Part shown: positions 9,641 through 19,396 of the stretch, piece after piece
How positions within the stretch are numbered: position 1 is the stretch's first letter
Layout: each line of letters opens with the position of its first letter
Source of the DNA: Perkinsela sp. CCAP 1560/9
Taxonomy: Eukaryota > Protista > Euglenozoa: Kinetoplastea
DNA length: 64,000 nucleotides
NCBI GenBank assembly: GCA_965644495.1
Contig: CBFFSA010000003.1
Coordinates: 1,178,001 to 1,242,000 of the forward strand
Reading direction: 5' to 3'
Program-made: the position numbers and the translations under genes
The notes under the pieces: generated by a model
Database searches by the model: none
What the model was told of the DNA's origin: nothing
What the model saw: only the letters and a program-made list of their open reading frames with translations

Positions 9641-11689
9641 TCATGACTTCTCTTTTTTCTTTTTATCTAACTTCTTAAACAAAGAGCCCAAGGAACTGTT
9701 CTTCGTTTTCTCTGGTGGTGCAGGAATGGTAACCTTATCAACGATTTTCACCTTGCCTAAAGGGTTCTGCACAGCGCAAGTGTTTTTTTCGCTTTGCCTA
9801 AGTTCTTTCTTGCGTAGCCTTTCCTTCTCTCTAACTTCCTCTTCCTCTTGCAAAAGCTCGAGGACGTATTCTTTGTAGTCTTCGAGAGTACCTTTGTACG
9901 GAGTACAGTTTTTATCACTCACTAACCAGAGTTTCATATCTGTTTCGAGTATGAGTCGCGCGTCATGCGTTACAACTAAAATCCCACCCTTGTAGCGATT
10001 GATCGCCTCAACCAGTGCATTGATGCTCTCCATATCAAGATGGTTCGTGGGCTCATCGAGCAAAAGAAGATGGGGCCTCTGCGTACTAATGGCGGCCAAT
10101 GCAACTCGAGCCTTTTGCCCCCCACTTAGCGCATCCAATTTTTTATGGTGTGAGACGCCTTCCAGACCAAAACTACCCAGACGTTGCCGGGCTTCATGTT
10201 CATGTATGAACCCTAAACTAAACATCAGCTCCACGGCTGTCTTGTCTAGCGGTAGGCTGTCCACAAAGTGCTGATTATATCGACCAATGGTAACATTCCG
10301 GGTGCGTTCTACAAATCCGGAGGTGGGGGCAAGTGTGCCATCAATTAAATTGAGAAGCGTCGTCTTGCCTACTCCGTTGGGACCTACAACCGTAATGCGA
10401 CTGTCACTCCATAATGCCATGCTGACCTCTCGAAACAGGTCTGGACAGTTGGGGTAGGAGAACGATACCTCCGAGAGGCGAACTAAGCAGTCCGTGTCCC
10501 TTCGTGGGGGAGGGTCGGGGAAGGGAAAGTTCACCACGTAGTCACGACGACGCTCTAGAAGCACTTGATGAACTTCGCGTCCAGTTTTCCGCGCGCGGCT
10601 TTCGAATATCGTATTCACCTGCTTCTGACTCAGGTGTTGCTGCTTTTTCATCGCGCGCACCTCCTTTTTCACTTTCTCGTATTTGTTGTCATATTCACGT
10701 CGCTTAGCTTGGAGGGCGCTGACGAAATCGTAGTAGCCTCCATTATACACTGAGAGCTTACACTCATCAATGTGGGCCATGTGCGTGCACACCGCATCCA
10801 GGAACTCCACATCATGGCTTACGACGACCACTGTCTTTGGGTTTCTCCCGGCGCTGTGATACACCTTGGGTAAATACGTCTGGAGCCACATCACAGCATT
10901 CAAATCCAGATGATTAGTCGGCTCATCCAACATTAAAAAGTCGGGTTCCATAAAAACTGCGCACGCGAGGGAAATACGCTTCCGCCATCCCCCACTAAAT
11001 TGTCGCGTGGGATACTCCTGCCACTCCGCGGGAAAGCCTAAACCGTAGAGAATACGTCGCGCCCGGCTCTCGGCGACGTCGGTACCCATTGCGTCCAACT
11101 CTTCCTGAAGTTCCAACAACCGCCGATGCTCCTCTTCGGTGGGATGCTCTTTTTTCTCTAACTCCTCAACCTCGGCAAGGTACAGCGATCTCTTTTTGTC
11201 CGATTGCAGAACAACCTCGATGGCGGGGGTATCCAACGCTTGGATCTCTTGTTCCTGTTCCACGAGAAGAACTTGTAGCTTCGAACCTACGGGAAACCGA
11301 CGCTGTTCGATTAAACGCAGAAGTGAGGATTTGCCTCGTCCATTAGGGCCCATAAGTCCATAGCGATTGCCGCTCGTGAAATTTATTTGTGCATCCCGAA
11401 AGAGAGTTTTTCCAAGGATGCTGCAGTTCACATGATGGGCTAAAATGTTTCTTTCGTTTGGGCCAGGAGTTGCGGCTTCAAAAGTCAGAGAATACAGATC
11501 AGCGACCTCTGAGTTTGCTGAAATTTTGTAGTCAACTGCGGAAGCCAGAGCCTCGGCCGCACTTTTACATTCGTTTTCGGAACCCAAAGTAGGTGTTAAC
11601 TCAACGCTCGATTTTTCGCCCCATACCCCATTTTCCTTAATCTCCAGATCTTTCACTCTGGACGCCAAGCGACGCTCTCGCCGACTCAT
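9641..11689 (-). CDS. ABC-F family ATPase
   Basis: Two NBDs (GPNGRGKS / FSGGWRKR / LDEPTNHLD and GPNGVGKT / LSGGQKAR / LDEPTNHLD), no TM domain. Confidence 0.95.
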   Translation of the reverse strand: MSRRERRLASRVKDLEIKENGVWGEKSSVELTPTLGSENECKSAAEALASAVDYKISANSEVADLYSLTFEAATPGPNERNILAHHVNCSILGKTLFRDAQINFTSGNRYGLMGPNGRGKSSLLRLIEQRRFPVGSKLQVLLVEQEQEIQALDTPAIEVVLQSDKKRSLYLAEVEELEKKEHPTEEEHRRLLELQEELDAMGTDVAESRARRILYGLGFPAEWQEYPTRQFSGGWRKRISLACAVFMEPDFLMLDEPTNHLDLNAVMWLQTYLPKVYHSAGRNPKTVVVVSHDVEFLDAVCTHMAHIDECKLSVYNGGYYDFVSALQAKRREYDNKYEKVKKEVRAMKKQQHLSQKQVNTIFESRARKTGREVHQVLLERRRDYVVNFPFPDPPPRRDTDCLVRLSEVSFSYPNCPDLFREVSMALWSDSRITVVGPNGVGKTTLLNLIDGTLAPTSGFVERTRNVTIGRYNQHFVDSLPLDKTAVELMFSLGFIHEHEARQRLGSFGLEGVSHHKKLDALSGGQKARVALAAISTQRPHLLLLDEPTNHLDMESINALVEAINRYKGGILVVTHDARLILETDMKLWLVSDKNCTPYKGTLEDYKEYVLELLQEEEEVREKERLRKKELRQSEKNTCAVQNPLGKVKIVDKVTIPAPPEKTKNSSLGSLFKKLDKKKKEKS

Positions 11690-12019
11690 TTCTGTCTCAA
11701 TCTAGTAGAAAAAAGTAAAGAATAAGAAGGCAACAAATGAGCATAAGGTAACATTGGACAACAAACGTCTATTAGACTGCCTAGACTCTGGGAAATTCAC
11801 GACAATGAGCTGCAATGCGACTAGGCATATTTTTTCTATTACTGAAACTCTAGGAATAGTGATTCCGGTGTGAGTGTTAATTGGAATACCCAAAGGCGAA
11901 GAATGCTTTAGCAGGTAATTGCATTCTGGTATTAAACTGTTCACACCTAAAAGATATTTTAATAGGAATTTCTGTAGAATCTTTTTACGTGTAATTGTGT
12001 TTGAAATTTTTTTTCCCGT

Positions 12020-12598
12020 TTGAAACGCAATACGTACGCATCCTACGATGCAGAACAGCGGAATTTTCAACAACGCGCGGGCTTCCCTACATACGAGTAC
12101 ACTCCATTCTACTATCCGCCATCAAACCCGAACAATACAGGGGCCCAAGGTTTTCTGAACAGCGAAGAAATGCGTAATTGGTACCCGTATATTAACGCTC
12201 CGACGGTATACGGACATGGCGCGCCTACCCCCACCTGGACTTGCCCGGCGGAGCGGTTATTACGGACATCCCCAGGAATACTTTTATGCTCTCGCAGGCA
12301 CAGGATGCGGTTGGTCGCAATATTTTCCAGGACCGTCGTCCCAAAATTCTTCTTGTGTGACAACAGTGGGTACCCACAGTTACTTATGGCCCGTCATCTT
12401 GTTATTACCTCAACAGAGACCCAGGATGCAGTCCTGGGTATATGGGCCCTACTTATTATTATAAGTATTAGGACGTGGACGACCCACTTCTACGCGGGCA
12501 ACATATTCTAAAGTATATTTTACTATGTGGTAAAGTCAGACAGGGAGAAGAACGTTTGCAGTTAACTAGGCAGCAAGATGATAATCAAAAAGATTAAT
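12020..12598 (+). pseudogene. Possible frameshifted remnant of a Tyr/Pro/Gly-rich gene, antisense to the cluster
   Basis: Y/P/G-rich text continues across three successive frames (FPTYEYTPFYYPP..., SGYYGHPQEYFY..., VTYGPSSCYY...GYMGPTYYYKY*). Confidence 0.3.
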
Positions 12599-12706
12599 TA
12601 TCATTGAAGCATATGTGTATCTTTGTCTCGATCGTTTATGAAATGCTCCACCGCGCGAATTAAGTTCTAGTACATTTTCGTCATTACAAAGCCGTAATCG
12701 ATTCCT

Positions 12707-13900
12707 TCACCCCATATTGACTAGATGCAGTTCCATTCTTTTCAGATAGTAATCCCCACAGCACGTTTGTACGGGTTGTACAGTACGGGACACGGCGTCA
12801 CCTCCTCCATCCCCCTGCTGCTCCCCTGCGGACCGGTATCGGCCTTGCGTGATCCGTAGGACAGCGGGACCAACCTGGAAGCTCCCGAGCGGGACATTTT
12901 TCATTTTCCCGACCAGCACGGAGTGAATTGCATTCGCCAAAGGATTGTGACGATGAGTCGTCATCGTAGTAGAAGCCAATGTCGACGACGAGCGCACTCG
13001 AGAAGACCAATAGGGAGCCTCTCCCGATAAATCATCCATGACCTCCTTGGTCGTTAATTTGTTCACATCGCTATCGGGTGAACTCCAGTATTGGATTCCG
13101 GCCTGATCAACAAACATGGATAAAGTAGCGTCCACTGGGGTATCAAAATCAATGGGAGTGGTCTCATCTATTTTGGTAAAGCAAAGGTCAGGAGAGGGAT
13201 GGGAGGGAATTTCTGTATGTTCGCCGCCTATCTCTGCTTCTGCGTTTGTGGCATCGTAAACGGGTGCGCAGTCACTATTGGATTCATTTTGATTCGTTTC
13301 CCGTCCCTCTTCGCCAAGTTCTTCAACAGGATTCTCGGATGAGGTCAGTGCATCTTGCATTAAGGCTTCCATCGAGACATCGGAGGACGCCTTCGTGGAA
13401 GAGATTCGAGGGATTTTTTTTCTGACTCCCTTTCTTTCGAAATTAGTAGGCGCACCTGTATGAGAACGGATATGATTTTGATTCATCTTTTGCATGCATC
13501 GGCACTCATTCACTACAATGAAGGGCATTACAGGAATAAAATCACTGAAGGTTAGCACGTTTCTTGATGTTTGCGAAGCCTTCGCTGACATTGATGATGT
13601 GCTGGGATCAGGTGCTGCAAGTGAAGCGTTTTCTTGGTGTAGTTCGCCTTCGGTGCTACTGTTTGCCTCTTGAGTCTCGCGGTACATCGTATGAAGCGGC
13701 ATGAACCGTGTCAGTGAACGAATGTTATTGCTTTTTTCTCTCCAAACTTCTTCAAGCTCAAAAAGACGATCTGCGATAGTGCTGATTTTTTCAATTCCGA
13801 AATTTTTGTGCAGCGACAATGTACGGACCTGATGGAGTACATCGTTTATGATATGGTCGTTGTACTCGTGAAGCCAAGAGGAACCGACAAGCGGTTGCAT
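12707..13900 (-). CDS. TFIIA large subunit (alpha/beta)-like protein
   Basis: N-terminal Y..HIINDVLHQVR...G...LFELEEVWREK resembles the TFIIA-alpha helices; long acidic linker; beta-rich C-terminus ending GDYYLKRMELHL. Confidence 0.55.
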   Translation of the reverse strand: MQPLVGSSWLHEYNDHIINDVLHQVRTLSLHKNFGIEKISTIADRLFELEEVWREKSNNIRSLTRFMPLHTMYRETQEANSSTEGELHQENASLAAPDPSTSSMSAKASQTSRNVLTFSDFIPVMPFIVVNECRCMQKMNQNHIRSHTGAPTNFERKGVRKKIPRISSTKASSDVSMEALMQDALTSSENPVEELGEEGRETNQNESNSDCAPVYDATNAEAEIGGEHTEIPSHPSPDLCFTKIDETTPIDFDTPVDATLSMFVDQAGIQYWSSPDSDVNKLTTKEVMDDLSGEAPYWSSRVRSSSTLASTTMTTHRHNPLANAIHSVLVGKMKNVPLGSFQVGPAVLRITQGRYRSAGEQQGDGGGDAVSRTVQPVQTCCGDYYLKRMELHLVNMG

Positions 13901-14070
13901 TTCAGTCTTTTATGGGCGCCGCTACGTCATTAATAATCATCTCTTTGTATTTATTCAAACTCTATGCTATAGATTCTATGAAATTCTATCATGATGGTGT
14001 CTGATATCTTAACATCTTAATATCTTGCATCAAGCTGAAATACTTTCAGTGAAAAACTCTTGAATAGGGC

Positions 14071-15138
14071 TCAAATGTCATGGACCAATGGCTCTAGTTC
14101 ATTATTTCCGTACAACGGAATTAGGGCGTACAACGTGAGTGCTTGTAGTAAAGAGTTAAAATAGATAAGTGTCGTTGTATATGGACTCTTCAGTTCAACA
14201 AGAGTGCACATAAGGAGTCCGCACATGCCCCCCAAGGCGTTACAGTGAATAGATAAAAAGCTGATTCCCTTCATGCTGCGTTCACGGATGCAGGTCGCTA
14301 ATACGGGGAAATGTGCCACTATTTGAGTTATTGGTTTCAACCATGTGCTATATGTCATTGTACTCGGGTAGAAAGTAGCCAGCCACCAACAAGGGACGGG
14401 GGTACAGCAAAAGTAAAGATACAACCGACGCCTTTCATATAAAGCAGCCTGAATCAATAAAATAAGAAGCTGTACTACACATATGACCGCGTAGACACGG
14501 GTCGGTAAGCGTTCACGAAGGACGATGTAATTCGTCATTAGAAATGAAGCGCCGAGCATTTTAATGCCAACAGCCAGAGAGCTATAACCACGTACGCTCC
14601 CGCGTGAGCGATTTAACGCTATTTGGGGAACAGGCTGTAAAAGAAATATTACTGTTGCGATATACCCCATAAAATCTCCAAAGTAATGTCGCGGATGTGG
14701 CTTGTCATCAGTATATGAATCTCGGTCCACTTTGCATAAATTACTATGCCTTTTTCGTGGTACAGGTATAGTCTTATTTATGGACTGGTCATGTTCTTCT
14801 AGTTCAGTACGCGGCCAGGAAACTATATTTGTCGTGGCATTCTCATTCAATGAGCTCAAAAGCGCCTCGGCAGGCTCTGTACTAGACTCGGCGTCTTTCG
14901 CGTTGAGGCGTCTAATCTGAAGCATAGAGCTTTTCAGTCGTGCAACGTGCGTCGTCTTTGGAGCAGTCGACGAACATGATTCTTGCCATGAATACACGTA
15001 TTGTGAGGGCCTCCTAAACTTGGATGCGCAATAAATAAAAATATTGTGGTGACCACAGAGAAATGCGATAACAATTATGATGAAAATCCCGTTACGTATA
15101 CGATTAGTTCTTGTACCGCACATTCTTTCATCAAACAA
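14071..15138 (-). CDS. PQ-loop repeat membrane transporter
   Basis: LQPVPQIALNRSRGSVRGYS and second repeat HFPVLATCIRERSMKGIS; multiple TM segments. Confidence 0.8.
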   Translation of the reverse strand: MFDERMCGTRTNRIRNGIFIIIVIAFLCGHHNIFIYCASKFRRPSQYVYSWQESCSSTAPKTTHVARLKSSMLQIRRLNAKDAESSTEPAEALLSSLNENATTNIVSWPRTELEEHDQSINKTIPVPRKRHSNLCKVDRDSYTDDKPHPRHYFGDFMGYIATVIFLLQPVPQIALNRSRGSVRGYSSLAVGIKMLGASFLMTNYIVLRERLPTRVYAVICVVQLLILLIQAALYERRRLYLYFCCTPVPCWWLATFYPSTMTYSTWLKPITQIVAHFPVLATCIRERSMKGISFLSIHCNALGGMCGLLMCTLVELKSPYTTTLIYFNSLLQALTLYALIPLYGNNELEPLVHDI

Positions 15139-16226
15139 TACTTCAGGCCCTATAGAAGCTCCATCTTTGAAGTCTGACGGATCTTTTCAATTACGTTTTC
15201 ACGAATCTGTAAGGTCCAAGTTTCGATTGTCTCGGCATATTCGACGAAAAACAAACATCTGGTTAACTGGGTAATATTGAAATCACCATCACTATATTGT
15301 ATTATAAAATGTTTCGAATGTCAGTAAAGGAGAAATGTAAAAGAGGAGAAAAAAAAGAGGAAGGTAAAAGAGGAGAGGGGAAAAATCGTAATCATCTATT
15401 TATATTTTACCCTATTTACCCCAGTATAATTTACATATACTTTATACAAGCTGCGCAAAGCTTATACAAGCCGCGCAAAGTCTATGCACTGAGGTCTGCA
15501 AAATTCCACAGCACTTAGTTCAAACAAACTTACCCTACTAATTTTAGAGGAGGTGCCTTATTGTAGAGTTTAAAGGGGGTTCATCCCCTTGAAGTAAAAA
15601 AAGGGGAGACACTTACTATTTACACGCTTCTTTGACTATTCTCATTAATTTCTATAAATACCTTTTCCAATTTTTCGGAAAAAAAATTGTTCGTGATTCC
15701 CAGTTCTTACCCTCAACATTAACTTCATCTCTCAAAAAGATTTTTCCTACGTAATAAATTGAGCATACTTGACTCTGGAAAAGCAGTACAACCTCCTCGC
15801 CAAAGCACGAAGTAAGGGAAAGCATATGTGAAAGTCAGTGTGTGTGATGCGATTGAGCGGTTAGTCTCAAATGTTCCCTACTGAAACCCTCTCTGAAACA
15901 ACACTTGAATTCATTATTTAAGAAACGCGTCGGCGAGTCTGACTTCTTCGGTATCCCCGTGCGCGAACCATATCTTTTGATGTTAGTGAATCAAATATTA
16001 ATTATTCTGACGGCGATTCAGATTCGGCTCAAGTAGTTGAGGAGCTGAAGGGAGTTTAGGGGGATACGAAAGAAATATTGACACCCTCATATCCTTCTTT
16101 GGTGTTCTAGATAAGGGATTTTGGTGTAATTTTTATGCTCTACCACTTCCGGAGCTGGATTTTGAAAAAAAAAGAAAATCAACAAAATCATTCCTCTCGT
16201 GTGCGGCCCTAGAGGGGGAGTAACAA

Positions 16227-17954
16227 TTATTCAAAAATCTCGGCAAATGTATTATTATTGCCTAGCAGTTTGGGTGAACAGAATAAAGATTCACTTTCTT
16301 TGAGACTTTTCTTCATAGCATAAGCAGACGCATTTATCAAACATCGTTCACCCTCAGGTTCATTTCCACTGTAGGCACAAAAGGGTGGAACACAAAATCG
16401 CACAATGAAATTTCGTAGTATATTGAGGCTACTGTGACAAACCGCGGAAATTGTATGCATCAAGCTCTCATCAACTGATGCACTTACGTAAGTTGATTCA
16501 ATATTGGAGATGTCAACTGCAGATGCTACCTTAATCAAAATTTTGGGAATCATAACGTACAGCATAAGCTCATATTGGCCAAAAGGAAGTTCACTGTGTC
16601 TCACATCCCATTCTCGAAATACACTCAATACTCTTTCTTCGCAATACCTCAATATTTTACTAACGATCAAAATTCCGTCACATCTGTCACACAAATCACA
16701 CAATTTTTGGCAGAAAATTGTAGAGCATGTAAGTGCACCGTCTGAGTCGTGTGAACGCGGGGACGGAAAAGCTATAATATGCACGTAAAGAAACATCAAT
16801 AATAAATCCCAAACTTCAATGTTGTGAGTCTGAAGATCGCATTGCTGTAAATTCCATTCAAATAGATGGGTATTGTAAAATGTAATGGAGAAAGATTCGT
16901 CATTAGTAGAATGTGAATTGTGTCCGGCATTACTTCTTCTGATTAAAAGAGCTTGGAAAGTGAGGGCGGTTCTAGCCTTACTGGCTGTCGAATCCAATAT
17001 CAAGAAAACAGAGGAGCACGACTCTAGCAGTGCATCCCATATGCTGATTGCTCTTTTGGACAATGATTTATTGAAGCTTTCCTCAATCATCAGTAAACGA
17101 CTAGCGTGAGAATAACATCGTAGCAAAAGCTCGTACCATGTGATATTCCGTACAGAGTTAGACAATTTTCTCTGTTCATGTATTGGTGTCTGTACCTCCT
17201 GAATACTCCTATCTGCGCAAAAACGCGAAGAAAGGATTCGTAACAACTCTCCTATCCTTTCGAGAGCTAAAATTTCTAAGCGGTTAACTCCTAATAAAAG
17301 ATTCAAACACCGGAGTGTCGCCCAAGTTCCTTTCTCAGCAAAACCTATACTGTGGACCAATAGCAGAGATAACAGCGTTGGAGCATTGGAACAAAAACAT
17401 TGAAGCGCTTCATTATGCCGTGAGGAACAGAGGGGATCTAAAGTGAAGTGTAACCAACTATCCAAAAGAAAGACGCCATCTAGGCGAATCGAGCTGTTCG
17501 CATCTGACAACGCAGTCCGGATCAAAGACTGCACAAGAGTTGCAAAAATTGGTGCATTACATCCGTCTGATTGACATAAGAAACGAAATATAGCTCCCGC
17601 TTTTCGACGAATACTAGAATTCTCATGAACAAAATGAGAGGAAATTGCGCTTAGAAGTTCGTAGGACTCCAACGAGTCAACTGGAGCATCTAACCCTTCT
17701 ACCAAAGTACGCTGAATGTTAGTAAGCGCTTGCAACTGCACTTTATAGGAATAGTGCCGCAAATTCACAAGATAGAATTTCCACGTCTTTTCAGACTCTG
17801 GACTATCTTGTGCAACATTCGAAAAGGGGTCCTTCAAATGCAGCTTTACAGATGAGATTTCAATTTTCGTTGCTGTAGCTGGAGCAAGCTTCGTTTTTCC
17901 TATTTTTCTCTTTCGCGAAGTAAAATCTGCATTCTTCCGCTTTGCCTTTGTCAT
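16227..17954 (-). CDS. IPI1: Pre-rRNA processing protein IPI1/TEX10-like
   Basis: MTKAKRKNADFTSRKRKIGKTK...T N-terminus, LVNLRHYSYKVQ..AL, IRLDG..LLD; helical-repeat body; ATG at 17954. Confidence 0.75.
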   Translation of the reverse strand: MTKAKRKNADFTSRKRKIGKTKLAPATATKIEISSVKLHLKDPFSNVAQDSPESEKTWKFYLVNLRHYSYKVQLQALTNIQRTLVEGLDAPVDSLESYELLSAISSHFVHENSSIRRKAGAIFRFLCQSDGCNAPIFATLVQSLIRTALSDANSSIRLDGVFLLDSWLHFTLDPLCSSRHNEALQCFCSNAPTLLSLLLVHSIGFAEKGTWATLRCLNLLLGVNRLEILALERIGELLRILSSRFCADRSIQEVQTPIHEQRKLSNSVRNITWYELLLRCYSHASRLLMIEESFNKSLSKRAISIWDALLESCSSVFLILDSTASKARTALTFQALLIRRSNAGHNSHSTNDESFSITFYNTHLFEWNLQQCDLQTHNIEVWDLLLMFLYVHIIAFPSPRSHDSDGALTCSTIFCQKLCDLCDRCDGILIVSKILRYCEERVLSVFREWDVRHSELPFGQYELMLYVMIPKILIKVASAVDISNIESTYVSASVDESLMHTISAVCHSSLNILRNFIVRFCVPPFCAYSGNEPEGERCLINASAYAMKKSLKESESLFCSPKLLGNNNTFAEIFE

Positions 17955-17985
17955 TTTGAAAAAATGTTTACAGTACAACAAAATT

Positions 17986-18035
17986 TGTTTTACAGGTGTG
18001 ATCTGAACTGTGTTTTACAGGTGTAGTCTGAACTG
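17986..18035. repeat. 25-bp direct repeat x2
   Basis: TGTTTTACAGGTGT(GA/AG)TCTGAACTG at 17986 and 18011. Confidence 0.85.
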
Positions 18036-18111
18036 TGTAAGCCACTAGGAACAACATGAAAAGGGTCACGCAGAACTGTGCGAAAACATATCGATCGAGA
18101 TAGAGCTATAC

Positions 18112-18191
18112 ATGTATGTTCATCAGGATGTATGTTCATCAGGATGTATGTTCATCAGGATGTATGTTCATCAGGATGTATGTTCATCAGG
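18112..18191. repeat. 16-bp minisatellite x5 (perfect)
   Basis: ATGTATGTTCATCAGG repeated five times. Confidence 0.95.
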
Positions 18192-19396
18192 AACTATACG
18201 GACAGGAATATAACAACACGAATATGACCATACAATTATCTGTTACAATAAACTTAGAGGAGAGTTCTTTCTAGCGAGGGTGGTATCACCACCCTGATAA
18301 CATATCATGTCATCACTCAGCTCTGCGATAAACAATGAGACCAATGAAGTCAAAACCATGACGAGTTCCAATATTTACTAAAAGAAGCGATTCCGCAGAT
18401 ACGTCCGCTCTCATTAATTTTTATGAATGACCTTTGGCACTTTTTTGCAAAACATTATAGTTTTTTTGAGAGTCATATCCTTTCAGATTTTACTGAAGTT
18501 CATTATTTCTGTCCCCGAAACGTCCTACGTCCCCGAGACGCTCTATCGAGTTCTTCGGTGAAAGTACTGCTGTAGATTCTGGCGAAGAAATGTATCTAGA
18601 AGATTTTTCTCTTGAAAGTGCAGATCAGCCTTTTGTACCTGAGTCCTCCCTCCATTACTCTATGGGCGCTTAAGCAAATATTTATCGTTACCATCTCATA
18701 ATTACCATCCTCTTTTACCCGCAAGCCATCCTTACAGCGAAACAAATTGGTTCGTCCTATCAGCTAAAGTGTTGTATATCACGTCGCATGTACTCGCAAA
18801 AAATAAATTTTGATGTCGACCTCTTAGCTTTGGAAATCTAGGGGAATCGGGTTGGACACAGCCCTTTTTTATATGAGTAGCTATTCTAACGATCTCGTAT
18901 ATCACAAGGGATGCAGTATCTTTTAGGGATGCAGTATATCTTGATGGTTCACGAACCAATGAACACAATGAACCACAAAGGGTGATGACCAGGAGATTTT
19001 AGTACCGCCACTAGCATAGCATGGTAATATCATGTAATAAAATAGAAACCTCACTAAGTTAATTAGATTTTAGATTTATGAATGTTTTAATGTGTGAGCT
19101 TATACACATATTGTACACATGTACAATCACCGGTTCTCAATCCCGTACATTACGTGTTCGCGACACTAGGGTAAACCACAGAAACCCTTGGATAAGATGA
19201 GGGGATAAAGAAACAGAGCTGTGGATGTGTGCTCTAAAAATCATACGCAGGGTCGCTGATCCCTGGCTACTTACTACAAAATTGCACTAAAAATGACTAA
19301 AGAACTTATGACATCTGAATACTACAAATAAGAACACTACAAATAAGAACATTTCTTACGCTACATCAGCTTCGCTGCTTTCCGCTGAATCACTTT

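Noticed and set aside
15200-16226. 1-kb gap possibly hiding a gene
   Set aside because: Only short ORFs and small repeats; no recognisable motif.
18112-18191. Possible CRISPR array
   Set aside because: Contiguous identical units without spacers; no cas genes; eukaryotic context.
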